NCBI GenBank assembly: GCA_009692425.1
Contig: SHZF01000004.1
Location: 10,175-74,174 of the forward strand
Direction: 5' to 3'
Length of the DNA: 64,000 nucleotides
DNA from: Myxococcales bacterium
GTDB lineage: Bacteria; Myxococcota_A; UBA9042
Position numbers and translations under genes: made by a program. Position 1 is the stretch's first letter, and every line of letters starts with the position of its first letter. The notes beneath the pieces were generated by a model. That model saw only the letters and a program-made list of their open reading frames with translations. It was not told where the DNA came from and made no database searches. Below, one piece after another: positions 37,401 to 46,303 of this stretch.

Positions 37401-37566
37401 CGGCGAGCAGCACGCCGAACAGCGTCGCTTCGACCAAGGCGAAGGCGCGCCACTTGCGGCGGCGGCTTTCGAGGGCCGCGCGCAACTGGGCGGCGGGCCC
37501 GATCGGCAGCGCAGCCGCCTTGCGGACCGGATTTCGCTGCGGTAGCCAGGAAGTCAATGCGGGCAT
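34456..37566 (-). CDS. DUF4175-like large membrane-anchored coiled-coil protein
   Basis: N-terminal TMs, DQPP...ARDDIGL, YLEAGD.N, long helical region, terminal LQRYYKAI. Confidence 0.75.
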   Translation of the reverse strand: MPALTSWLPQRNPVRKAAALPIGPAAQLRAALESRRRKWRAFALVEATLFGVLLAVALAGAGAVLVVVLAASGTALGWTLGCAAGAGACCGLGLGIARWRSSLHLGRWVAEQAAVEMADPATAEALRSGLELAMRAAFEAAPSVRLLDHALAHALRHLGIVDAARASLRGRLLQYTGLLAVATCAWAVSTVATPQFWDRLLRARQDTGPAVIEFGTLVGDVHAHVAAPPHAAHRLAPREEEATDLAVLHGSRVTMRAAVLPGFGVTHVEIETHVATGFRTEVSKVVERADHSVQWARIVLEPLRYRYAGRDNEGNRARERGWRDIKTWPDQPPTATLRAADTEVEVRPGQAYPIEGEARDDIGLALLNLVIVRPSSGVERRAIVLAALGETRVAVREVLAVDALQLRPGETATVYLEAGDSNPNETGRRGVSQKLQVRMFSADRHHARIVEGLARLSETWTLRLADRLERDPAARTATLEWALRNRGELADAEQGALEDLRGVQRELAGDEQAGVRTGADLAEIERRLAEPLASEARLLARTDTGATGYAAVKDLYAVQRLHAEVIAAEERAVDALARLASTEQQVALARDAQTLDDAEQRLLATLGKLVDDSAAPLRSEAERLLDAVEAQLDRLAAAASKQMRIVPYEHVNAGGLDAGGLQRDLGDHRQSLGAVRDLLRQGRTREAIERMRQLREDLQAVVAAVRERVHGKLGAQEAAHVRLVTDLRRGIRQVQQGQGRLRDELRAASAEQSRSLVELLRQARTQVLPAVQELLDQARDAVRPTRLQTAGPSSLRAVNGLRAAIASAQSALAGGHIDGALQAMLEADDLIGAAGRALHATGAPSARSTELDRARLAEAGERLAKAAAALRGALPRPEDLLRAPTRQRLEANALQQEQVRRDLDTLRQRLAAAGTAPALQHAVGARLDHALGVMREARDALDRFEATRAFEQGGEVLESLQRAADMLSPQGGAEPSASDPIDVVGLAPDRGAADVGSGAADAGVEAFRADVLRAMQRRAPGAWSDRLQRYYKAIVR

Positions 37567-37676
37567 GCGGGCAGGCCGACCACAGGCACGCAGGAGCGCC
37601 GCTTCGATCGGTCCGCGCAGAGCTTGTCGGATTCCCCGTCAAACTCCTAGACTCTGCGTCGCTGAGGGAGCCCACC

Positions 37677-40136
37677 ATGCCCGTTTTACCCGCCGCCGCC
37701 GCCACCACCCACGTCGGGCGCTCGATCCCGCGCACCGATGGCCGCGCCAAGGTCACCGGGGCAACCCAGTACCTCGACGACCTGCCGTTCGAAGGTCTGC
37801 ACGGCGCGACGGTGCGCGCACCGACAGCGCGAGGCCGGATCACGGGACTGCGGTTCAAGGAGGGACCCGACTGGAGTCAGATCGTCGTCGTCACGCACCG
37901 CGACATCCCACGCTTCGCTAGGCCGATTGCGCGCGCGGCGGACACCTCGCACGGCCACCACGACGCCGACGCCGGCCCGGAGCACGTCGACCTCAACCGT
38001 GTCGCGCTCATCGAGTGGGACCAGCCCTACCTCGTGCGCGACGAATTCCGCCACAAGCATGAGGCGATCGCGCTGGTCGCTCACGCCGATCGCGCGACGG
38101 CCGTGTGGGCCGCGGCGTGCGTCGAGGTGCAATACGAGTCGCTGCCAGCCGCGCTCGATTACCGCGTGGCACCCCAACCTGGGCAGGTACAGCATGGTGC
38201 CGCCAACGTCTTCAAGCGCTACCTGTTGTGCAAGGGCGCGGCGGAGCAGGGCGAAACCGCCTTGGAAGCGGTGTTCGCCAAGGCCGCCCATGTCGTGGCC
38301 GAGACCTACGAGACCGGCGCGCAGGAGCAGGCCTACATCGAGCCGCAGGCGATGATCGCGACGGTGCACCGCGCCGCGCCTGACGACGGGGACGCGGGCT
38401 GGCCCACCCTTGACTTCCACGTCCGTGTCGAAGGTTCGCTACAGTGCCCCTACTACGTCCACCAGGCGATCAAGCACCTGTGCAACCTGCCAGACGATCA
38501 CGTGCAGATCGTGCAGGCGCCGACCGGCGGCGGGTTCGGCGGCAAGGAGGACTACCCCTCCATTCTCGCCGGCCATGCCGTGCTGCTCTCGCTCAAGGCG
38601 CGCCGGCCGGTCAAGATGGTGTACGAACGCGTCGAAGACATGCAGGCGACCACGAAACGCCACCCGTGCCAGACACACGTGCGCACTGCGCTTGACGCGG
38701 ACGGCCGGCTTCTCGCGCTCGACGCCAAGGTGGTGATGGACGGCGGTGCCTACGTGACCCTGTCGCCGGTGGTGCTGTCGCGCGGCACGATCCACATGGG
38801 CGGTCCATACGAGATTGCCCACGTGCGCGTGGCCAGCGAGGTCGTGCTGACGAACACGGCGCCCAACGGGGCGTTTCGCGGCTTCGGGGCCCCGCAGACG
38901 ATTTTCGCGATGGAGCGGCACCTCGACGTGTGCGCGCACCGACTCGGCATCGATCCCGTTGAACTGCGGCGCCGCAACCTGGTCAAGCGTGGCGGCACGC
39001 TGGCGACGGGGCAGACGATCGACGAGCCGATCGATCTGGTGGGTTGGATGGACAAGGCGCGGGCGGCGCTGGACTGGGACGCGCGCCGCACGGCCCACAC
39101 CGCGTTCAACTTGGCCCAAGCTGCCGTCCATGCTCCGTTGCGGCGTGGACTCGGCCTCGCGACGTTCATGCACGGCTGCGGCTTCACCGGTTCCGGCGAG
39201 GTGTGGCTCGCGTCGAAGCTCAAGGTCCGCGCCCTGGCGACGGGCCAGGTCGAGGTGCTGGCGGCGAACACCGAGATCGGCCAGGGCGCTCAGACCGTGT
39301 TCGCCCAGATCGCCGCCGATGCGTTGGGGCTCGCCGTGGCCGACATCGTGGTGGCGCAACCCGATACCGATCAGGTGCCCAACTCCGGTCCGACCGTGGC
39401 GTCGCGGACGTCGATGGTCGTCGGCCACCTGGTGGCGCGGGCATGCGACGACCTCGTGGTGCGGCTCGAATCCGCGGAAAGGCTCGCGGCGCTGCCCGAC
39501 GGACCCGGTGTCGGCTCGGTGTCGATGCAGGCCCACGCTCGCGGGCGGCGCCATGAGCCGGAGCGCCTGCGCGCGGCGCTGGCGAAAGCGGGTGCTGCGG
39601 GCGGGACGGACGCCGAAGGGTGGGCGGAATACGAACCGCCGCCGGGCGTCGTCTGGAACGATCAGACCTACCGCGGAACGGCGTACGGCACGTATGCGTG
39701 GGCAACGTATTGCGCCGACGTCGAGGTCGATCTCGTCACATTCGAGGTCAAGGTGCGCGATTTCGTGGCCCTGCAGGAGGTGGGCCGCGTGCTCCACCCG
39801 GTGCTGGCCGAGGGGCAGATCGCGGGCGGCGTCGTCCAAGGCCTCGGCTGGGCGCTGCTGGAGCAGGTCGTCGCCGACGCCGACGGGGGCATGGCCAACG
39901 CGAACTTGACGACCTACGTGCTGCCGACCATGGCCGACGTGCCGCGGGTGCGCGTGCTTTTCGAGGAGCAGCCCTATGGCTACGGGCCGTTCGGCGCGAA
40001 GGGCATCGGCGAACTGCCGATGGACGGCCCGGCGCCGGCCGTGGTCAATGCGGTCGCGGACGCGCTTGGCGTGGAGCCGACCGCGATCCCCCTGACGCCG
40101 GAGCGGTTGCTGCGGTTGGTGCTGGGGGAGGGCTGA
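37677..40136 (+). CDS. Xanthine dehydrogenase family molybdopterin-binding subunit
   Basis: R.DG.AKVTG..Y.DDL, QAYIEP, GGGFGGK, AFRGFG, EIGQG, TVASR, KGIGE; GAGGGAG RBS. Confidence 0.92.
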   Translation: MPVLPAAAATTHVGRSIPRTDGRAKVTGATQYLDDLPFEGLHGATVRAPTARGRITGLRFKEGPDWSQIVVVTHRDIPRFARPIARAADTSHGHHDADAGPEHVDLNRVALIEWDQPYLVRDEFRHKHEAIALVAHADRATAVWAAACVEVQYESLPAALDYRVAPQPGQVQHGAANVFKRYLLCKGAAEQGETALEAVFAKAAHVVAETYETGAQEQAYIEPQAMIATVHRAAPDDGDAGWPTLDFHVRVEGSLQCPYYVHQAIKHLCNLPDDHVQIVQAPTGGGFGGKEDYPSILAGHAVLLSLKARRPVKMVYERVEDMQATTKRHPCQTHVRTALDADGRLLALDAKVVMDGGAYVTLSPVVLSRGTIHMGGPYEIAHVRVASEVVLTNTAPNGAFRGFGAPQTIFAMERHLDVCAHRLGIDPVELRRRNLVKRGGTLATGQTIDEPIDLVGWMDKARAALDWDARRTAHTAFNLAQAAVHAPLRRGLGLATFMHGCGFTGSGEVWLASKLKVRALATGQVEVLAANTEIGQGAQTVFAQIAADALGLAVADIVVAQPDTDQVPNSGPTVASRTSMVVGHLVARACDDLVVRLESAERLAALPDGPGVGSVSMQAHARGRRHEPERLRAALAKAGAAGGTDAEGWAEYEPPPGVVWNDQTYRGTAYGTYAWATYCADVEVDLVTFEVKVRDFVALQEVGRVLHPVLAEGQIAGGVVQGLGWALLEQVVADADGGMANANLTTYVLPTMADVPRVRVLFEEQPYGYGPFGAKGIGELPMDGPAPAVVNAVADALGVEPTAIPLTPERLLRLVLGEG

Positions 40137-40171
40137 CCGAAGCTGCGGCGGCCCCGGGTCGAAAACAGGCC

Positions 40172-41284
40172 TTAGTGCGGCGGGCGGTCGTGTGCCCCGG
40201 CCCGCTCCTGCCGTTGCACGTCGGCGCTCTCGGCGAGCCCGAGGCGTCGCTCCAGCAGGTGGCGCACGGCCGTGTTGGCCCGCACGAGGTCGAGGGCGAG
40301 CGCCGCGTGCCCATCGACGTACCCGTTGCCGATCAGCAGGTCGACGTCGGCCCCCACGCCCTCGGCGCCAAGCGCAACGCGCTGGAAACTCGTCGCCATG
40401 CCGAAAAACAGGCACAGGCCACGCGGCCGGCACGCCAAAACGGTCGCCAGTTCGGTGCCGGGCAGGCTCGCCATGTTGATCACGGCGTCGAAGCCACGTT
40501 CGCCGGTCCATCCGTGTGCCAGTGCGCGCACCGCCACGGCATCGCCGGCGTCGGCACTGGCGGCCGCATCGACGAGGCGTGCGGCGCAGACCTCGTCGAG
40601 CGGAGCCGCGTGCCGGTCGATGGCGGCCAGCCAGAGGTCGGGCCGCGTCGCCCGCAGTGCCGCCAACGCCAGCACGCCCGCCTTGCCCGCACCCAACACG
40701 AGCACGCGCGCCCGGGCCGGCAGCCGCTCCGCAACCCGATGGCACAGGGCCGGCGCCCCGCAGACATCGAGTACCGCCAGCGCCAGCACCGGGGCGAGAT
40801 CAGGCGGCAGCGCAGTGGCCGGAGCAGACGGCGGCAACCACGCGTCGCCCCGCACGGCGACCTGGTGCGTGGCGTAGCGCACGTCGAGCACGGCATCGAG
40901 GCGCAGCGGCGTGAGCGTCAGCGAGGCGAGGGTGGCCACCGCCGTCCCCGGTTCGAGCCCGACCAACGGCCCATCGTAGCTCGGGCCCAGGGCGCGCAGG
41001 CGGCCGAGCAACATCCCGCCCGAACCCGTCGTCGGGTTGTGCAGCTTGCCGCGCGCACTGACGATGGCCTCAATCTGGCCGGCCACTGTAGGCCCGCCGG
41101 CCCTTTCGACCTCAAGGAGTTGTTCAAACGAGGCCGCATCGACGTTGAGCCGATCGACGTGCAGCCACGCCTCGCACTCCCAGGGCGGCAGTGTCGCATC
41201 GAGCGCGTCGGCAGCCTGCGGCAGCAGACCGGCCGGCGCCAGGACACGGTGCAGGCCGAGCGCATCGCCACCGGGACGGAACAT
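40172..41284 (-). CDS. kdd: L-erythro-3,5-diaminohexanoate dehydrogenase
   Basis: GLHRVL.P...LPQAA, LNVDAASF.Q, RGKLHNP.TGSGGMLLG, SLTLTPL, LDVCGAPA, GAEGVG, IGNGY. Confidence 0.85.
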   Translation of the reverse strand: MFRPGGDALGLHRVLAPAGLLPQAADALDATLPPWECEAWLHVDRLNVDAASFEQLLEVERAGGPTVAGQIEAIVSARGKLHNPTTGSGGMLLGRLRALGPSYDGPLVGLEPGTAVATLASLTLTPLRLDAVLDVRYATHQVAVRGDAWLPPSAPATALPPDLAPVLALAVLDVCGAPALCHRVAERLPARARVLVLGAGKAGVLALAALRATRPDLWLAAIDRHAAPLDEVCAARLVDAAASADAGDAVAVRALAHGWTGERGFDAVINMASLPGTELATVLACRPRGLCLFFGMATSFQRVALGAEGVGADVDLLIGNGYVDGHAALALDLVRANTAVRHLLERRLGLAESADVQRQERAGAHDRPPH

Positions 41285-41296
41285 GGGCAGCAACGG

Positions 41297-42139
41297 CTAC
41301 TTTGTCGACGTGGAGAATTCGAAAGCGTTGGGGCCGGCACGCACCGCCACCTTGCGCTCGAATGCCAGCGTCGTCGCCGTCTTGCCGCAGCGCACGATGT
41401 GCTCGCCGAGCAGCAGTCGTGTGCGCGCCTGCTCGAACCCCATCATCGTGCCGTCGACGAACACGTCGGCGCCTTTGGGGCAGAACACGGTGACCGGCGC
41501 ATCGGGCTCGTCGCGTTCGAGCCGCACCCGGATGTCGTGCGGCATTTCCTGCGTAGACGAGTTGACGACGACCGTCTGGGGCTTGAAGCCCAGCAGCGTC
41601 ACGATCACATCGGCCGCGCCAAACGGCACCAGCACCCGCATGGGCGTCTCAAACGGCAGCGGCTTGTTGTTCACGGCCACCGACGCGCCCGGCGGGCTCG
41701 ATTCGACGAGGACGGCAGCGTGCGTGTTGCGCAGCTGGCGGGCGACGTTTTCGAGGTGGTTGAGCACGATCTCACGCTGGCGCGGGTCGAGCGGCGCGCG
41801 CAGAGTCTGTTCGAGGTAGGGGTGGGCCTCGTCGTACTGCTTCAGCGTGCAGTGCATCGAGCCGACGTTGAAGATGGCGTTCGACAGCGGGAATAACTTG
41901 AGAGATTGCCGGAATTTCTCAAGCGCCTCCTCGTACTTGCCGGCCGCGACGAGCTTCTTGCCTTCCTCGTTGAAACGTTCGGCGACGCGATCGGCAGACT
42001 CGGGGCGGGCGGGCTCAGAGCGGGCGCTTGCGGCAGCTTCGGGCGGCGGCGCCGACTGGGCCCTGGCGGGGACGGTGAGCATGGCGGACCCGGCGAGCGC
42101 GAGGCCCAGCAGTGACCAGCGCGAAGACAAGACAAGCAT
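41297..42139 (-). CDS. Secreted TPR + PEGA domain protein
   Basis: Signal peptide, TPR helices, VESSPPGASVAVN PEGA motif; AGAGG RBS. Confidence 0.8.
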   Translation of the reverse strand: MLVLSSRWSLLGLALAGSAMLTVPARAQSAPPPEAAASARSEPARPESADRVAERFNEEGKKLVAAGKYEEALEKFRQSLKLFPLSNAIFNVGSMHCTLKQYDEAHPYLEQTLRAPLDPRQREIVLNHLENVARQLRNTHAAVLVESSPPGASVAVNNKPLPFETPMRVLVPFGAADVIVTLLGFKPQTVVVNSSTQEMPHDIRVRLERDEPDAPVTVFCPKGADVFVDGTMMGFEQARTRLLLGEHIVRCGKTATTLAFERKVAVRAGPNAFEFSTSTK

Positions 42140-42284
42140 GGGCGACCTCTGGAATGACGATGCGGATCGGCGCACGCGCAGGGTAGTCCGGGGCGGTCCG
42201 GCCTGCAACGGGTGGTCTCTTGCGAGACGCACGGCGGCGCGCGGCGATTCGACGGTCGGGCAGCCACCGTGGCAGCATTGACGC

Positions 42285-42725
42285 GTGTTGCGCCGCCATC
42301 CAGGCCTGTGGATCGTTCCCGCGGTATGGGCCGCCGCCTTGGCGTTGGGCTGCGGCGGCCTCGCGGAGCGGGGACCGGTGCTGTGCGTGTGGCGGCTGAC
42401 GACGGGGCTGCCGTGCGCGGGATGCGGGCTGACGCGCGGGTTCGCGGCCTTGACGCACGGCCACGTCGGAGCGGCGCTCGATTTCAACCTGTTGACCCCG
42501 TTCGTGCTGGCATGGATGCTGGTCTGGTGGGTTGCGGCGCTGTGGCAGTGGTCCGGCGGGCGCGCGATCATCGAGGCTCCGGCGTGGTTGACGCGCAGCG
42601 CCTTGGGCGTCGTGCTGGCGTACTGGGTCGCTCGCGATGTGTGGTGGCTCCTGCAACCGGATGTGCCGGCGCGGTTGGTCGCCAACTCTCCGCTGCTGCA
42701 GCGCATCGTGCCGCTGTTCTGGTAA
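42285..42725 (+). CDS. DUF2752 family membrane protein
   Basis: C..R..TGLPCAGCGLTRG...L.HG....A..FN motif. Confidence 0.8.
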   Translation: MLRRHPGLWIVPAVWAAALALGCGGLAERGPVLCVWRLTTGLPCAGCGLTRGFAALTHGHVGAALDFNLLTPFVLAWMLVWWVAALWQWSGGRAIIEAPAWLTRSALGVVLAYWVARDVWWLLQPDVPARLVANSPLLQRIVPLFW

Positions 42726-42764
42726 TGGCTGCTGTTCCGGCGGTGGCCGCGACTCTGGTGTCGG

Positions 42765-45700
42765 CTACCTCGCGCCGCCCAGGTTGCGCTGCAGCGTCTC
42801 CGCATCGCGGCGGTAGGTGTCGTCGGGCCGCGCCGCGCGCAGGTATTCGTTGACTGCGCGCAGGGCGGCAACCGCCTGTTCCCGCTCCTTGTGGATCAGT
42901 GCGATGTGGTACCAAGCTTCGGCCAGGCCCGGGTCGTTCGCCGCCGCCGCGCGCTGCAGGTGCTCCAACGCTTCACTCGACTTGCCGCGGTTCAGTGACA
43001 CGAGACCAAGATAGAGAGCCGCGTGGGCGTCATCGGGCCGCCGCGCGAGCACTTGCTTCAGTACGCGTTCCGCCTTGGGGCTTGCCGTCATGTACAAGCT
43101 GCGGCCGACCTCGACGAGCGCGTCGACGTCGTCGGGCGCCAACTGCAGCACCGCCTCCAGGTGAGGGATCGCCTGACCGTAGCGGAAGCGCTCCAAGTGG
43201 TCGCGCGCAATCATGCGATGGACCGCAGCCAGGTACGTGACCGGGCGCCCGAACTCCGCGTACTGGCTGGCCGAACTGAGAATCGTGCGCAGTTCGCGGA
43301 GCGCCACCTCGCGCGCGCCGTCCCGCTCGCGCAATTCAAACAAGCTGCGCGCAAGTTCGAAGCGGTACGCGTGTGCCGTCGGGTCGAGTCCAATCGCCTG
43401 CTTGGTGCGGCTGATGCCCTGCAAGACGTCCTGGCGCCGGAACGCCAACCGCCCGTACTGGAAAAGCGCCTCCGCGTTCTTGCCGTTGGCCGCCTGCGTT
43501 GCGCGGTGCAGCAACGTCTGCGCGCGGTCGTAGTCCTTGGCGTCGATGAGGTAACGGCCGGCGTCGGTGTTCAGCGCGACGTCCTCGACCGCGTTTTCGG
43601 CAAACGGCACCAGCGTGGCCGCCGCCTCCTGCGGTTGGCCCTTGTCGCTGAGCGCACGGGCCATCTGCACAGCGGCTTCACGGTCCAGCGCGCGACTGCT
43701 GCGCAAGGTGCGCAAGTAACCGAGCGCCCGGTCGACCTGGCCCGTGCGCAAGTCCATCTGTGCCGCCCGCAGCAGATACTGCCGGTTGTTGGGCTGCGCT
43801 TCGAGGAGCTTGGCCACCGCCGCGCGGGCCTCGTCGCCTCGGTTCAGCGCCATGAGCGAATCAGAAATGAGGCTGACGAGCCCCTCGTCGTCGCCGGCAA
43901 CGAGTCTGCCGCGCTCTAGAGTCGCGAGCGCCTCATCGTGGCGCCCGGCCGCCGCCTGCAGGGCAGCCAGACGCTGGATCGCGCGCAAGTGGCGGGGCTC
44001 GCGGGCGATCACCTGGCTGAAGTAGTCGCGAGCTGTGGCGAAATGCTGTTCCTTGTCTTCCACCTGGCCGCGCAGGAACAGCAGATCGACGGAATCGGGA
44101 TGGTGTTTCGTCGCCTCCGTGATCTCTTCGAGCGCGTCTGGGTTGCGATTGACCTGGAGCCAGTACTCGACAAGGGCGACCTCGTATGCGATCGACTTGA
44201 AGGACCCGGTCTTGCGCGCCTCAGTGAACAGCTTGTGGGCATCTGCGGATCGCTTGTCTGCGACGAGCAGTCGGCCGAGCCGGATCAGCGTCACTTCGTC
44301 TCGCTCCACGACCGCCAGGGCGCCCTGCAAGGCCGCGGCCTGCGCCGCTCGATCGCCGCGCCGCACGCCGATCCGCGCCATCGTCAGCCACGCATTGCGC
44401 TGAGCGGCGACGAGTTTGCCCTCCTGCGCCAGGCGCAGGCCCTCGGCAGCGAGGACTTCGGCGGCTTCGAGGTGGTTCTGCTCCAACTGCACGGACGCCA
44501 GCACCAGGCGCGCCTCGACATGGTCGCCGGCGCGCTTGGTGATCGCCTCGAGTCGCTCGATCAGCCCGTTGCGCGCCCCGAAGCGATCGAGCACCGCAAC
44601 GTGCAGCACTTCGAACTTCGCCCAGTTGCGCGCCTTGGCAAAGTGGCCCTGCAGGCCGTCGAGGCTCTTGCGCACCTGTTCCATCGCAACGTCGCCGACG
44701 GGCGAGGCGCGCAACGGGTCGGTGTCGGGCGAACTCGTCAGGCCGGGGTTGTCCAGCGCCCGCGCGTCCAGTTGCCGCTCGAACTGCAGCAGGCGCAAGC
44801 GCGCCGCAACCTCCTGGTCGTCGGGCGTGCCTTGGTCGAGCGGCGCGAGAGCGGCAGCCTTGCCGTCGAACATTCCGCCGGCGACCGCAGCCAGGACTTC
44901 GTATCGCAATGGAAAAGGCTGGACCGTGCTGCGCAGAGAGTCGAGCCGGGGCCGCCACGGCGAGGGGGGCTCGAACGAAGCTGGACTGCGCTCGAAGAAA
45001 TCGAGCAGGCGATCGACCAGTTCGCGCGAAACGACACGATCGTCGGGACGCAGGGCGACGATCTTGGCCAGGCGCTGCACGTCGGCCTCGTAGGTGGCCG
45101 CGGTATCGAGCAGTTCGACCGGGGTCAGCAGGTCGACCGCGACCGTCCGATTGCGGTCGCGCTTCTGGGTCGAGTCCGCAGACCGCCACAACCGGGAGCC
45201 AAACCAGCCGAAGCCGGCGACCTCGAGACCCATTCCGACCATGGCGGCCAGCACGGCCAGCACGGCCAGCGCGCGCGCAAGCCTGCGCACCCGAGCAAGG
45301 GGCGAGACGCCGCCGTGCGCACGGGCCGCCACCGCTGCCACGGGGCGTGGGCGTGCGACCACCACCGCCTCGTCGCGCCCGGCGCTGACGTCGACGGCGA
45401 TGGTGTCGTCGCTGCTCGCGTGGCTGCCATCGCCTTCTTCGAACAGCGAACTCGGGTCCGACCCGGCGGCGGGCGCACCGATCGCAAGCTTGGGGGCCGA
45501 CGCTCGGCCCTTCGTAGGCATGCCGACCACGTCTGCGGCGGCACCGGCACCCGAACGCGGCGCACTGATGCGGCCGAACGGGTTCGTGCGCGGCGAGGTG
45601 GCGCGCTTCTCGACGGACTGGACCGCGTCTGACAGGAGGGAGTCGAAGTCGATGTCACCGGACTCGGTCCCGGTGAAGCCGATTTCCGCGACGTCGGACG

Positions 45701-46184
45701 TGGGCTTCGACGCGTCGATGCGCTGCGAATCCTCGCCGCCCAAGACGGCCGCCGCGCGCGCCAGCAAGCCTGAGTCGCCTTGCGTTCGGGCCGAAGTCTG
45801 CCCAGCCTCCTTGTCGGCCATCGCCGTCCCGATGCCGAAGCCGGCAGCAAAGGCGGCGGGCGATGTGGGGGAACGCTCCGCTTCCTGAAAGCCACCGCTT
45901 GGATCGCGACTGCGAGCCCGAGGCCCCCCTGCGCCGGTGCCCGAGGGCGTGGTCGGCACTACGGTCGTCGCTCCGGAGCGCACGTCGGGGCCCAACGTGT
46001 CAGGAACCTCGGTCGGCATGTCGATGCCGGGCAGCGTGGTCGTCGATTCGTCCGTCGGTGCAAACCGCAGCAGGCACAGCGGGCACTCCGCCTCGCGTGC
46101 CCCGTCGGCCACCGGAAAAACCGCGCTGCAGCTCGGACAACGAACGTTCAACGCACGGCCCCACCGCACAGGTTCATCCCGCAT
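42765..46184 (-). CDS. Zinc-ribbon (MJ0042-like) / TM / TPR-repeat protein
   Basis: N-terminal CPSC..CPLC, low-complexity linker, one TM, many TPRs; start 46184 or TTG 46151. Confidence 0.82.
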   Translation of the reverse strand: MRDEPVRWGRALNVRCPSCSAVFPVADGAREAECPLCLLRFAPTDESTTTLPGIDMPTEVPDTLGPDVRSGATTVVPTTPSGTGAGGPRARSRDPSGGFQEAERSPTSPAAFAAGFGIGTAMADKEAGQTSARTQGDSGLLARAAAVLGGEDSQRIDASKPTSDVAEIGFTGTESGDIDFDSLLSDAVQSVEKRATSPRTNPFGRISAPRSGAGAAADVVGMPTKGRASAPKLAIGAPAAGSDPSSLFEEGDGSHASSDDTIAVDVSAGRDEAVVVARPRPVAAVAARAHGGVSPLARVRRLARALAVLAVLAAMVGMGLEVAGFGWFGSRLWRSADSTQKRDRNRTVAVDLLTPVELLDTAATYEADVQRLAKIVALRPDDRVVSRELVDRLLDFFERSPASFEPPSPWRPRLDSLRSTVQPFPLRYEVLAAVAGGMFDGKAAALAPLDQGTPDDQEVAARLRLLQFERQLDARALDNPGLTSSPDTDPLRASPVGDVAMEQVRKSLDGLQGHFAKARNWAKFEVLHVAVLDRFGARNGLIERLEAITKRAGDHVEARLVLASVQLEQNHLEAAEVLAAEGLRLAQEGKLVAAQRNAWLTMARIGVRRGDRAAQAAALQGALAVVERDEVTLIRLGRLLVADKRSADAHKLFTEARKTGSFKSIAYEVALVEYWLQVNRNPDALEEITEATKHHPDSVDLLFLRGQVEDKEQHFATARDYFSQVIAREPRHLRAIQRLAALQAAAGRHDEALATLERGRLVAGDDEGLVSLISDSLMALNRGDEARAAVAKLLEAQPNNRQYLLRAAQMDLRTGQVDRALGYLRTLRSSRALDREAAVQMARALSDKGQPQEAAATLVPFAENAVEDVALNTDAGRYLIDAKDYDRAQTLLHRATQAANGKNAEALFQYGRLAFRRQDVLQGISRTKQAIGLDPTAHAYRFELARSLFELRERDGAREVALRELRTILSSASQYAEFGRPVTYLAAVHRMIARDHLERFRYGQAIPHLEAVLQLAPDDVDALVEVGRSLYMTASPKAERVLKQVLARRPDDAHAALYLGLVSLNRGKSSEALEHLQRAAAANDPGLAEAWYHIALIHKEREQAVAALRAVNEYLRAARPDDTYRRDAETLQRNLGGAR

Positions 46185-46230
46185 CGACCCCAGGCTCGGA
46201 CCAACGCTGCAATCCCCCGCGCTACCCGCG

Positions 46231-46266
46231 ACGCTACCTTGCAAGGGGCAGGGGGTCAATTATCCT
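46231..46266. promoter_or_regulatory. Overlapping divergent sigma70-like promoters (TPR gene / selB)
   Basis: Minus: TTGACC-N17-TAGCGT; plus: TTGCAA-N16-TATCCT. Confidence 0.4.
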
Positions 46267-46303
46267 CGCGCGGCGTCGGCGGGTTCGGCGGCAGAGGATT
46301 GGC

